Part shown: positions 48,312 to 61,305 of the stretch, piece after piece | How positions within the stretch are numbered: the first letter of the stretch is position 1 | Layout: each line of letters opens with the position of its first letter | NCBI GenBank assembly: GCA_043228905.1 | Contig: JBHGNT010000002.1 | Location: 8,928,001-8,992,000 of the forward strand | Direction: 5' to 3' | DNA from: Azolla caroliniana | Lineage: Eukaryota > Plantae > Polypodiophyta | DNA length: 64,000 bases | Notes under the pieces: model-generated | Database searches by the model: none | Told to the model about the DNA's origin: nothing | The model's input: only the letters and a program-made list of their open reading frames with translations | Program-made: the position numbers and the translations under genes

Positions 48312-51300
48312 ACGGATCAACCGAACGATCCAAGAGAGGGTGATGACAATGCTCCAACAGGCTGAACTAAAGTTGGAGTTCTGGGTTGAAGCATTGCAGA
48401 TGGTAGTATATCTTATCAACCTGTCGCCGTTGAAAGCAATAAGGCTCGAAGTGCCACAGGCACTATGGTCAAGAAAATAGTTGACTTATGATAGACTTCG
48501 TATATTCAGAGGCGAAGCCTATGCATTCATCCCCAGAGAGAAAAGGACCAAGTTGGCACCTCATGCGACAAAGTGCATACTTCTCGGTTATGGAACCAAC
48601 GGGGAATTCAGTTACAATCTATGGGACCCAAAGAACCGAAAATTAATCTGGAGTAGTGACATAGTTTTCAATGGAGACTCTTTTCTCTCTGAGAGGAACC
48701 AGCAGAAAATAGTGGGCAAAAAGTTCTCTTTCGAAATCAATGGAGAAATCGTAGAAAGACTGACCCATTGGGCCGAATCGGAAATTTGACAGGCAGTCAA
48801 ACTTGAAAGAGCGGACACCATCCCTATTGAATTTGAATTGGTAGGAGGTTCACTAGTTGAACTTGAAGACAAAGCAAAATCGACAAGACTCAAAAAAGGG
48901 AAAGTTGACGAGGTCAAAACAACAAAATCGACCCAACCAAGACACCCAAGGCCAAAGGGGAAAACAAATTTGAGTTGGCTAAGTCTCCCAATCTGGAAGA
49001 AGGGGAGGATGACATGACATCACCGAAATCCTATCACAGGGGTGAGTCATCCAAGAGGACTCCTGACTTAAGTGGTTCAACACATGCCGATCGACCGACA
49101 GAGCTGATCGAAGGATCTGAACCGATCAATATGTCACCCAGGAGAACTGGATGAAATCGAAGGCCGACAGAGTTCTATCAACCGGGCCTCGACTACGTCA
49201 ACTTCACCAATGCAGGCGAACCAAGCACATACAAAGAAGCCATAGCCGCATCGGATGCTGATACATGGCTACAAGACATGCACTCCAAGATGGACTCGAT
49301 TTATCAGAATCGGACATCGAAGCTGGTCGAACTACCAACTGGAAGGAAGTCACTACCCTACAAATGAGTCTTCAGGTACAAATACAAAGCTCGGCTCATC
49401 ACAAAAGGGTTCAAACAGGAACATGGGGGCGACTACGATGAGATTTTCTCCCCATTAGTGAAGATGACCACCCTTCAGCTCCTAGATGGGGTTTTGGCGA
49501 CAAAAGACCTACAACTCGAGCGGATGGATGTAAAGATGGTGTTCATACACAGAGATTTAGAAGAAGACATTTACATATCTCAACCGGCAGGCTTCACGAT
49601 GACGGGGGAGGAAAGTCACCTCGTATGTTGACTGAAGAAAAGCCTATATGTCTTAAAACAACCGTCGAGGATGTGGTACCAGAAGTTTGAATCCTACATC
49701 CGACAGCTCGACTACAGCCAGTCCAATTCTGACTCATGTCTATATACTCGACAACTGGCCGACGAGACCAAGATCTATCTGATCCTATACGTCGACGACA
49801 TGCTCATTGCAAGGAGCAATCACGCCGAAAGCGGAAAGCTAAAGCGGAGCCTTCACGACAACTTTGCGATGAAGGAATTTGGACAAGCCCGACATATACT
49901 GGGCATGAGGATAGAGTGAAATCAGAAGACAAAGAGTCTTCGACTCTCCTAGTCTGACTACATTCGAAAGGTGTTGAGACGCTTCAACATGGAAAACACC
50001 AAGCTAGCACCAACACCACTTCTGACGTAGATCCGACTATCAGATAGAGACTCTCCTTCAACGGACAAGGAGAGAGATCTTAATGGAAAGATACCCTACA
50101 CATCGGCAATAGGAAGTATCATGTACACGATGGTGGTGACTCGACCCGACCTTGCATATGTCGGAGGGGTCATCAGCCGATACATGTCAAACCCTGGACG
50201 AAAGCATTGGGAGGTTGTCAAGCACATCATCAAGTTCCTAAAGGGAACCGAGGATGCACAACTGACATTCGGATTGGCAAATCCGACCGAAGTCGAAGGC
50301 TTCACCGACTCCGACTATGCCGAGAATTCGGACAATCGGAAATCGACATCAGGCCACATCTTCATCTATGGTGGCAGTGCCATATCATGGAGGTTGAAAC
50401 TTCAAGAGTGCACGACCCTGTCTACCAAAGAGCTGGAGTACATAGCAGCATTGAAGGCAACGAAGGAAACGATCTGGTTGCACCGACTAACTGCCGACTT
50501 TTCGGCTACGAGCCGAATTGATCGACTAGCGTCGACAATCTACTACAACTCAAAGAGCGCAATGCACCTCATCAATAATCCTATCTATCATGCAAAGACA
50601 AAGCATATTGAGATGCGGTATAATCATATCCGGGAGCTAGTAATCGAGAAGAAGCTCGAAGTCCAGAAGATCGACACCAAGGTGAGCATCGTCGATTGCC
50701 TGACGAAGCCACTCCCAGATCAACGCTTCGAAGCACTGAGGACAAAGATGGGACTACGACAAGCGACCGAGCAAAAGAAAGCCAAACAAGGAGCAGAAGG
50801 TAAGTTGATCCGACTAACCCAGACAAGTCGACCCATATGACCAGCCGAATCAAGCTAGATACCAACTATACCTTTGTCGACTCGGCTATATGCCGACGGA
50901 CTTGTAACAATAACTCGACCATCTATCACTGACTCTATATTGTGACTCACAGAGCGCAATCCACCTCATATGGAATCCAGTATACCACGTGAAGATGAAA
51001 CATATTGAGGTTCGATTCATCACATCCAGGAACTTGTCATCGACAAAAAGCTCAAAGTCTGAAAGTTGATACGAAGGTGAACATCACTGATAGCCTCATG
51101 ATGCCGCTCCCAGATCACCGCTTCGACACACTAAGGAGACAGATGGGACTACAACAAGTTGTGGAGCACAAAGGCGCCGAATCCAAGGATGCAATAGGAG
51201 AGTCCAAATTTGGAAGAGCCGAATGAGTCGAAATGGCATTGAAGTTTGAAGAGCCAAAAGGCTGAAAAGCCATTAAGTCCGAAACAGCTAAAAGGTTGTA

Positions 51301-51516
51301 AGCCAATCAAATGGCAAAAGGAGCCAAAAACCAATCGAAGAAGGGCTGAAAGCCGATTTGGGGATTGGCCGACTCTACCACTATCGATCCGGCAATTAGC
51401 CAACTAGCTTGTAATTTTTCTAATTGTAGTTTAAATTTGAAATGTAATTAAAGCTTATGGGGGAGATAACCCCATCTCATCGTAAACAATTAGAGTAGCC
51501 CTTTTACGGGGGAATT

Positions 51517-51840
51517 TGTTTGGCCAAAAGTCCCACTCTACCCAAAAGTGTATCCTAGGGTGAACATGCCCTCATAGTTAGGGCTCAATTACCCTAACTA
51601 TAAGTATGAGGAACCTAACCTTGTAATTAAGTTTTGGCGGGATTTGTAATGCTAATGTATTATTGAGCTCCAACTGTCTCTAAGTGTAACTGTCTTCATT
51701 CTTCTTTCTATACCATTTCTGTGATTGATTAGTGCACTAACTTACTTCTACTTGCTACCTTGTTTGCCTGATTCACTTATACAAGAGCCTAGTTGCTATT
51801 TTTCACACTAGCCAGTTGAGACACAAACAATCTGCTATCA
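51517..51840 (+). repeat. 3' LTR of container Copia
   Basis: Homologous to 14901-15224; preceded by GGGGGAA. Confidence 0.9.
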
Positions 51841-54800
51841 AGAAATGCTCGCCAAAAGGCCATGAGAGTTGGGGAGATTACCAAAGGGAAACTACAATAG
51901 ATAGACTAAAGGACAATGACCATAATTATAAGAGCAAAATAAATGCAAGGGACAACTACACACTATAGAAAATGAGATTCAACATTAAGGATCATGATAT
52001 CAAATATATAAGGGAGATCTACAACTAGAGAAAGAGAAAGAGATGCCATACTAATAATCTAGGAGTGTATAGGGGGACAATGACATATAGTCATGTGATA
52101 GAGTTACATATTTCATAGTGACATTCAATTAATCATTTTGGAAGATGATTTGGCCTTTGGCCATAATAATTGATAAATTAAAGAAGTACCTGAATGCCAA
52201 AGCCTTTAATGTAAGGATACTTCATAAAAATATATTCTTCAAAACGAATATGAATTTGCATATGCAATAGAACAATACTTGATTCGTTTTTTATTGTTAT
52301 GTGTACATTTTGCTTGTCGGTCCACCTTAAATGATATATGAAATTAATATATCAACTACATGACTTGCCTAGAAACTAGAGTAGGTGTTCCAACATGAGA
52401 TCAACAAAGTAATGCATGAATTTGATTAGGAACTAGAGTGTGTCATAGCTTGTAGGTGATGCACAAGAGTTCATATATGCAAAGATGAAAATAGAGTATG
52501 CAAGTCTTTGATTTTTAAAGTAAGTACACTCCACTCACGGGCATCACATTATGGAAATCCATAGACAATTTTGTTTTAAACTTGCATCAAAACCAATATT
52601 TGACTTTAGTCACAAGTGTAATTGATGCCATAACAAGCATAACTCACAAAAGCTACTAATGTAATCATCATAACGGGATTTCACCAAGAGGTTACCTATT
52701 GCACAATAGAAGGACATGCATGTATTATAGTTTATGACTATAATAATGACCTACTTGTGTTACTCTAAGTGGCAGAACATCCCAACGAGGATGCAATGAT
52801 ACCATCACTTTTCATTACTATAAACATTATGCTACGTGACAAAAACTTTGTGCAGATGTATGTTATCCATATTGCCAAGAAAAAAAAAAAACTTCAGTAT
52901 CACAATAACATTCAATAATATATTTGTCCAATGTACTCTCATAACCTACTAGTTCATGTTTAGTATGTTCCTTTTTTCTTACTTGTCCTTTTAATATTTA
53001 CTCTGCCTCCTTAAAGACATTTTGTAAGGTTATAATGATCTATACAATTTGGGATATTTTATGTTAGTTTTCAAAATGTCACATTCACCATTCCTCAAAG
53101 AAAAACCTTACATAAGGGGTCAACTAACATATCCTTACACATAGGTGAATCCATGGTTGGAGGGTCCTAGTTCTCACGGAAAACTCTTTTGTGTGTTCTA
53201 GTATGGATTTATTGATATGGGTACACATTTATGAAGAATCATTTCATCCGTGGATAATGATTCATTTTGGTGATTTTGTGTATCTGCATTTTTGCCAACT
53301 CCAATGGGTTGTTTGATGCAATGTTATGGTCACTCTCATTGTGACATATGTATCAATAATGCAGTACTAAGGATTATATGTGTAACTATGTCGTCAACCA
53401 AGTAGGGAATGTTCAAATGCTACTTGGACACCAAATGGCCAAGGATTGGAAAAATATGTAAGTTTCATGGTGAAATGTTCAGTGAGGACTTTGTAGTAAA
53501 AGTTTGTTGATGCATCATTCTAAAGAACACGTGTCACACTAAGTGTAGAGCTAGTAATTATATTACATTTGGGCATTTTTCTGAAGTCAATTGTGTCATT
53601 ATATTTATGTATGTCACATGTTAGGTCATGGATTGAGATTTGATGTAATATACTGTGACGTAATATATTTCACAATCTTTAGGCATTCACTCATATGTTT
53701 TACTCACTAGTACTTACGCCTCCTTGGATTATTTAATTTGAAGGCCATGGCTATGAATGTTTGGAAACACTCTTAGATTATTTGTGAGTTTCTTAGCATT
53801 GTATCCAATCAAAGAGTATTTTATGCTTACTAGACAATACATGCTAAAACACGATGGACACGATGGACAACCATTGCCTTTAAATGTCTACTAGTAGGTA
53901 AATATAATTGTAATGATAATGCATGTGCTTAAGGTCGTGTTTAGTTCTAAGGAAATGAATGTAACACTATGTTCAATATAAAAGCCATTTTTGTTTTCTC
54001 TTGGAAATGATCACATTGAGCATAATCTAATACACACACACATACTCCCTACAACACTAGCCTAATATGTTAAGAAGACAAGATGTCCTAAAAAGCACAA
54101 GGGGAAAACAATGCCTTTCTACCTACACAGAAACATAAATAGAAATAAAATGCATGGTATAATGATAAAGATTACGATGCGATGTCTCAAGATTGTGGGT
54201 TCAATTGAAAATAAATTGATCTAAGGTTATGTTCATGTGGTAAAAAACTAATCTAGTTAAGTTGCCAATACCCATGAGAAAGAATAGATGAAAAAGAAAT
54301 CCATGATAAGCTAGAGGTACCTACTCTAAGAATTAACCCTTAGTTACTTCATAGTTTTACACCCCTACCATTTAGAATGTAGATATAGCGAGAGAGGTAT
54401 AAGGCCTGTCATGATTGAGGGCATGCATAACATAGTGCAAGGTTTGAGGAATGAAGAATATTCCATTGTGTTGCTCCAAGAAGGAAATCCTTTCGTAATT
54501 AAGCGGAAAGTTTGTATTAAGCAAAAAGAGATCAATCCAAACACTATTCAATCATTTGTGAATTATGTATGTATGTACAAGAGAGTGAGGGTATTCAATT
54601 GAGGACATTCCATTGTAGGAATCCCTTAAGGGATAATTAATTTAAGTTTATTGAAGATTAAACGTGGTTACTAGTGAAGGTATTGTTCACATGTCACATT
54701 CCTTGATGTATACGGTCATGGTGTGGAGTGTTCAATGAAGGATGCCAATCTCATCTTCCATTTTGCATGAAGGTGTTTGGACGGAACATGTTTTTTTTGT

Positions 54801-56658
54801 ATAGTTATAGAGAAGGATGGCGGCACAAATTCCTTGCATACTTAGTTACTAGAGCAATTTGGTTTGTTATATTACAATTTTGTGCATATAATTAATTGGG
54901 AAAGTTTTGTCATTCTTTTAGTTAGTTTTTACTTAGGGGCCACACCTTTACCCTCCTCATTTTCTTTGGTTGTGATCGACTAGCTTAGGTATTGAGGTCT
55001 AATAGTACAATTCAAGCTTTTTGTTCTTTTAGGGAGAGAGAATCATGCTATAGTTGAGATGGCTATGTTTATGGTTTGGAGACCTTGAGTTTGATACATC
55101 AATTTGGCATGTATCTTAAAGAAGTTGAACGTGGTGTAGCTAATGACCCTAAATCCTAAACTCATGACCTTATGTACATAGCCTAGTAACTTACCACTAG
55201 TGAGAGCAAGTGTTTGTAATAGAAATGGAACTAAGACAACAAAATGTATTGCTTAGTACCGGTCACCAGTTATAGACCAACCACCACTCCCACTCATTCT
55301 ATAAAAGTTTCTTTTAAGATTTCGATGCATAACCCTAATGTTGTAAATTCAGGTCTTATTAATGCGTCTAATGTTATGTTCATTTTAAATATAAGGCACA
55401 TTGTGATCCATCATACAATTACGGTCATTCATAGTAAGACTTTGAAACCATTAAATCATTTAAAAGTGACATGAAGAGCATTATACTAATAATAATTTAC
55501 ACTTCAAATTTGAGATCATTAATCTAATAATTACATACCAATTCTTTCTTCTAGAATTGAAACAATAACATTGTCTTATACATGAAATGCTAATTTAATG
55601 ATTGTTTACTATGTTAGCCAACCATTTTTATGATCTCTACCTTTGTTGAAAACCTCAACCAATTGTAGCTACATTTATAACTTTTGAATATGGATTTGAA
55701 AACAAGTTTGAAGCTATTTTTGTGCGATCAACATGTTGATCTTTTTTTAATTTTTATTTTTTTCCAAAACAAAAAAGAAACCTTCTACAACCACAACATG
55801 AGAATGTATTACTGATTTCTAGAAAAAAATACACAAGACATAGACTGTATACAAAGTAAAGTCAATGCATCTACCTACAGTAAAACTGCTAAACAACTTG
55901 CTCATCGACTTTCAAGAATCTTTTTTATACTCAATCACACACTTGCTTGTACATTTTGGATTGGAAGGATAGCAAATATGTCTATTAAAGTTGTATCACT
56001 TATTATTGAAAATATGATGAAATAAAATATTTGGCAAATTATGATGAAACAAATTGAGAAGAAAGTAATTAGGTGCCAGAATACCACAATGTGAAAGTAG
56101 CACCAACATATGTGTATGATAAATTATACCACTAACTTACACATATAATTGTTCTAAATGTGATGGTATAATGGTAGGTGTTATGATAAACAACTAGATT
56201 AATAACCACCATTTTATCCCAAGCTTTATAGACTTATTTTCTTGTGTTTATGATTAATAACTAGATTTATCTAAATAATGGAATCGTTGCGGTGTTACAT
56301 CCATTCTATAAACCATAAATAGTCACCAAAAGATACCGAATACATTTTATCCTAAGCTTTATAAACTTTTTTCCTACAAGGAAGATTGCCCATTATTGAC
56401 TTTTGAACCAAGGCAAGATTTGATGAAGAATGCCATAAAGACCATGTAACCCACAAATGACGTTTGAGACATGACAAAGCTGATTCCTAGACATGATCAT
56501 GACATATGTGGAGTTGATGTCCCATCACAAAAATACTACACTCATACCTACATACATACATATGTACATATGATGTTTCATGCCTAGTTTCTCTCTCTCT
56601 GTCTCTCTCTCGTAATAAATTAGTCTACCATATTATCACACTTACATATATTAAATAA

Positions 56659-56666
56659 CTATAAAT
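56659..56666 (+). promoter_or_regulatory. Candidate TATA box of the MFS gene
   Basis: CTATAAAT ~250 bp upstream of the ATG, followed by a pyrimidine-rich leader; position only. Confidence 0.3.
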
Positions 56667-56867
56667 GTGTGTATAATATACCACTAGCATGTATTATGCT
56701 TCTTCACCTACCACCCTTGTTTGATGCTTTTATGCACCTACTTCTAACCTTCTCCCCCTCAACCATGTTCTCTTCTCATTCTTGATATTAGAGTTATAGA
56801 GAAACACCAAGCCAAAGAATGATATTGACTCATAGAGAGAACTCATTAAGCCAACCTATACCCTAAA

Positions 56868-56900
56868 GAAGAAGAAGAAGAAGAAGAAGAAGAAGAAGAA
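56868..56900 (+). repeat. (GAA)11 microsatellite just upstream of ATG
   Basis: Direct reading. Confidence 0.95.
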
Positions 56901-56909
56901 ATCAAAACA

Positions 56910-58736
56910 ATGGAGATTAGAAACAATGAGATGAAGTATCAAACCTCCTTAGCTCAATTCTTATGGCACATTGGTAAAGGTAGATGGATGGTGGTAGTGG
57001 TTTCCTTTTACATTTTATCTTTCTCCGGAGCTACATACATTTTTGGCATCTACTCAGGTGCAATAAAATCCACTCTCAACTACAACCAAGAAACTATTGA
57101 TACACTAAGCTTCTTCAAAGATCTAGGGTCCAATGTGGGTATTCTATCAGGCTTGATGAATGAGATCTCACCAACTTGGATGGTTCTTGCCTTAGGTGCA
57201 ACTATGAATTTGTTTGGGTATCTCATGGTTTGGATGGCTATCACACACAAAATAAGCCCTCCTTCTCCCTCCCTTATGTACTTTTATCTTTGTATAGGTG
57301 CTAATTCACAAACCTTTGCTAACACTGGCGTTTTAGTCACTTGTGTCAAGAACTTTCCCCAAAGTCGAGGTATAGTGTTGGGTCTTGTAAAAGGTTGTGT
57401 TGGTCTTAGTGGGGCAATTTTCACTCAAATCTATCATGCCATCTATGGTCAAGATACTAAGGGAATGTTGCTTCTTATAGCAATCCTTCCTTCTATTGTT
57501 ACAATCCTCTTCATGTTCTTGATAAGACCCATGCAACCTATTTTGGATAAGAGACAAGACAAACATTTCTTCACTTTTCTTTACTTGGCTTTAGTCCTTG
57601 CAAGCTTTTTAATGGTAATCATTATAGTAGAAAATGTGTTCCCATTAGCATCTATATTTTATAAGGCAATAGGTGGAGTGACTCTACTTTTAGTTGCAGC
57701 AAATGTTTTGGTTGCAATCCAAGTTGAGAGGGAAAATCACACCTCTAGTCTTGTAATACAAGGAAATGAACAAAATGAACTTGTAATTCAAAGTGTTAGT
57801 AGTAATAGCACTTTAAGAGTACTAGAATTAGAAGTGCCTCAAAATGAGTTCCAAAAAGAAGATATTATAAAGAAGGATCCAAAAAGGAATAGTTTTCGTG
57901 ATGGCATTACTAACAATGAAAGCACATTTGTTTCCAAGGTAAGGTTTTACTTTACAAATTGGCCTCAAAGAGGAGAGGATTTCACAATCCCTCAAGCTAT
58001 TTTAAGCTTAGATATGTGGATCCTTTTCCTCTCTATCACTTGTGGAGTAGGAGCCACACTCACTGCCATAGACAATATGGGTCAAATTGGAGCGTCACTA
58101 GGATACTCAACAATAAGCATTAGCACATGTGTGTCACTTATTAGTATATGGAACTTTCTAGGCCGAGTCATTGCAGGATTCTCGTCCGAGTATTTGCTTC
58201 AAAAATATCGGTTCCCAAGGACTTTAATGCTCACAATTGTGTTGGCATTGTCATGTGTTGGACATATCATGATAGCATTCCCGGGGCGTGGAACACTATA
58301 TGTGGCTTCGGTTGTGATTGGGCTATGCTTTGGAGCACAATGGCCTCTACTCTTTGCAGTGATATCCGAGTTATTTGGATTAAAATACTATGCGACATTG
58401 TACAATGTGGGGGCCATTGCAAGTCCCTTAGGGTCATATTTGCTCAATGTGAAAGTGGCGGGATATTTGTATGACAAAGAGGCAAGGAGACAAGCAACGG
58501 TGTTGACACCGAACCTTACCCTAGTGACAAAAGACTTGGTGTGTAATGGGGCTCAATGCTTTAGGATGACATTCTTAATCATGACCATGGTGAGTGGAGT
58601 AGGGAGCTTGGTCTCTTCCCTCTTGGTGATTAGGACAAGGAAATTCTATGCCCAAGATATATATGCCAAATTCAACATGCAAACAAATAAAACACAACCC
58701 CATCATTTCACACCAACCACCGCCAACCATGCTTAA
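56910..58736 (+). CDS. Nodulin-like / NFD4-like major facilitator superfamily membrane protein (608 aa, single exon)
   Basis: Intact ORF with family motifs GATYIFGIYSGAIKSTLNY, FFKDLGSNVGILSG, TCVKNFPQSRGIVLG, AIDNMGQIG, SLISIWNFLGR, SELFGLKYY, AGYLYDKEA, CNGAQCF; many hydrophobic helices in two halves. Confidence 0.93.
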   Translation: MEIRNNEMKYQTSLAQFLWHIGKGRWMVVVVSFYILSFSGATYIFGIYSGAIKSTLNYNQETIDTLSFFKDLGSNVGILSGLMNEISPTWMVLALGATMNLFGYLMVWMAITHKISPPSPSLMYFYLCIGANSQTFANTGVLVTCVKNFPQSRGIVLGLVKGCVGLSGAIFTQIYHAIYGQDTKGMLLLIAILPSIVTILFMFLIRPMQPILDKRQDKHFFTFLYLALVLASFLMVIIIVENVFPLASIFYKAIGGVTLLLVAANVLVAIQVERENHTSSLVIQGNEQNELVIQSVSSNSTLRVLELEVPQNEFQKEDIIKKDPKRNSFRDGITNNESTFVSKVRFYFTNWPQRGEDFTIPQAILSLDMWILFLSITCGVGATLTAIDNMGQIGASLGYSTISISTCVSLISIWNFLGRVIAGFSSEYLLQKYRFPRTLMLTIVLALSCVGHIMIAFPGRGTLYVASVVIGLCFGAQWPLLFAVISELFGLKYYATLYNVGAIASPLGSYLLNVKVAGYLYDKEARRQATVLTPNLTLVTKDLVCNGAQCFRMTFLIMTMVSGVGSLVSSLLVIRTRKFYAQDIYAKFNMQTNKTQPHHFTPTTANHA

Positions 58737-59639
58737 TATCCTTGTAATTAGTAAAGAAGATTCCTAGTGCACCTTGGCCTTTTCATTTCCTCCATCAATA
58801 ACAAGATTGATTGATCATAGACCATTTATTGTTATAAAGAATGTTGCACAACATCCCAATTATTATATGTTGTTTGCCTACTCTCACCTTGCTTGATTAA
58901 TGGTCAACTTGTGTCTCTCTTATTATCACTAATCATCAATTCATCTTCTCATCCCCTATACTTGCACCTCTAACCCAAAACATCTTATAATTGAAACTAT
59001 GATTTAACTTACATTCCTATCTCCCCCCCATAAATTACATGTACGATATTCACCACAAAATGTCATTTACAATGCAAGATGCCAACAATTATAAGAGGCA
59101 TGGTACAAAATGCCAATTGCCTAATTTATATCATAATTATCTCATTGTCTCATCTACACACACCCTAGTTTGTTTTTGGAGGGTTTCCAAGTTTTGTTGT
59201 TTTCTTTTCACTTGTTCTAGATGAATTAAGGTTTGCGTTGTAGTGTGTTACCATACTAATCCAACTTGATTGCATTATAGCTAAGATCCAATATCATATG
59301 TTCTTCTCAAATATTTTAAGTATAAAACCAAAACCTGAAGATAATGAACACGAGATTATGGGATGGACATATTTTCAAATATAACCACTCATAAAATTCG
59401 TTACATTTGTGAGATTGTGCTCAATTTTCAAGGCAAGGTGCTATATAACTAATCAAGATTTATTTCAAACATGATGACATTTTGAATACAAGTAATGGAT
59501 GGTTGGATCATTCACATCAAGCTTAATAGGGATGGGTTGTGCAAATTGTAAGTTGGTATAAGTTTGTACATATGGGGACATACTCCAAAGGTGGATATCA
59601 TTCTCTAGAAAGGGACAAGCATAGAGTGACTTTTCCTAC

Positions 59640-59931
59640 CATAGTTGTTAAAAAACGTGTACTCTATGTTTAGAGTACGTTTTAGAATCCTCTGTAGTAT
59701 TCCACACGTATTCTATGTTTTAGAACTGCCGTTTTTAAAAATTTGACGTATTCTACGTATTTAACACGTATTTATCATTTTAGAAAAAATATAATTTTTT
59801 TTTGAAAAAAAACTTAAAATTTAAGAAGTATTTAACGTATTTTATAAGTGTTCTAAGTATTTAAAAAAAAAAATAGAATACTTAGAATACATATTCTACA
59901 TGTATTTTATGCGACATATTTTACAACAATG
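59640..59931. mobile_element. hAT-type MITE
   Basis: Imperfect TIRs CATAGTTGTTAAAA / TTTTACAACAATG, 8-bp TSD TTTCCTAC/TTTCCTAT, internal ACGTATT repeats. Confidence 0.75.
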
Positions 59932-61305
59932 TTTCCTATGAAATACGTGGGTTTTCTATTTTTAAAACATGAAACCTCGTGAAAAATCATTGAAAATGGA
60001 TTATAATTGTTTTTAACTTGCAAAAACTAGGCTTCAGTTTGTTGGTGAGGTGCAATCAATATCATGCATTTCAACATCCTTTACTTGAATGGATGCATGT
60101 GGGATGTATTCAATATTCCTTTACTTGCCACATCCTTGTGGCCCTCAAATGCAAAAACAATAAAGACAATAGTATATAGTCATGAATGTCACAATTGATA
60201 TTATTTGCATTGAACGATTTCGTTATATATTCATACCAAAAGACACTCACCCATAAATGATCTTTTTTCATGCAAATGATATTAGGAGCTGGCTCAAGAA
60301 AAACCTTTAAGTTTCAACGAAACAAAATAATTAGGGTATTTAATATCGATTTTTTCATGATGAACTACTTTTGTTGCATAAAATTCTTTAATAGTTGCTC
60401 CTATGTAGAGAAACATATAAATTGGTATCTACCTAAATATTTTTAATCCATAAAAATCTGCAGTGTGTATAGGTCATGATTGGAATATTAACGTTTCTTT
60501 CTTTATGTCAATTGGACGTATCATTTTTTGTATTTTCTTTGTTTGTAACATATTTAAAACTATGCACTTTGGTCCTAAGGGTACTAAACACATCCTTATT
60601 TTTATACTTTGGTAGATTGTAACACTTGACAAAGACTAGTTTTTTGGCATGTTGAAGAAACCCAACACCTAAATGCTCACAATGGAGCAAGCAAAATGAT
60701 AAAATTCAAATGTGTTGATGTCCATAAATTTTTGAGGCCACAATCGTGATAACCACCTATTACTCTACATTGAGAACCTACTCTAAAGGGTGGGGAGGCA
60801 TATAGTTTCATAGATGGTTCTCAAGGCATAACCAAATCGTTGTTGCGCCAAGTTTCATACATCACCAAGTTTGGTACATTCATCTATTGGCAGATGCCTT
60901 TTGGACTCACAAATGCACTAAGCACATATCAAATAGGAGCAGATCACATCATCACATCCAATCTTGGAAATGGAGTAGACTCATATGCAAATGATCTATG
61001 TTAGAACTCATCTTGGGGTGAACACTAAGACTCATCCAAACCATATTCGAATATTGTCTGCAATACCAACTCTCTTTGAGTCCCCTCAAGTAGTAGTTTT
61101 GGGTGAAACACAGGTTAATACATACATGGTCACGTAGTGTCTTACCAAAAAATGAGAAAGACTTGTAGGGTTTCATGTGTTATGCTGGTTATTATTGTCA
61201 CTTAATCAAGATGTTTGTGATAAAATCGTGACCTTTATACAACCTTTTAAAAACATATAAATGATTAGAAGAGTGTATGAAGACCTTTAAAGAGATTAAA
61301 GAATG

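Larger units (their letters stand above)
41579..50840 (+). pseudogene. Pol (INT-RT-RNase H) of container Copia, split by two insertions
   Basis: 41579-41727 + 47612-47652 + 48312 onward rejoin as SDNKGEY...KTVPYTPTQNGIAKRINRTIQE; RT LILYVDDML; RNase H ORF 50121-50840. Confidence 0.88.
14901..51840 (+). mobile_element. Old Copia element expanded to ~37 kb by nested insertions; TSD AGAAA
   Basis: Homologous LTRs 14901-15224 and 51517-51840; AGAAA at 14896-14900 and 51841-51845; tRNA-iMet PBS TGGTATCAGAGC at 15228; gag from ~15326; pol pieces 41579-50840; PPT before 51517. Confidence 0.85.

Noticed and set aside
52400-55300. Possible ancient LINE remnants and a weak tRNA-like stretch at ~55150-55205
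   Set aside because: Too degenerate to support without alignment.
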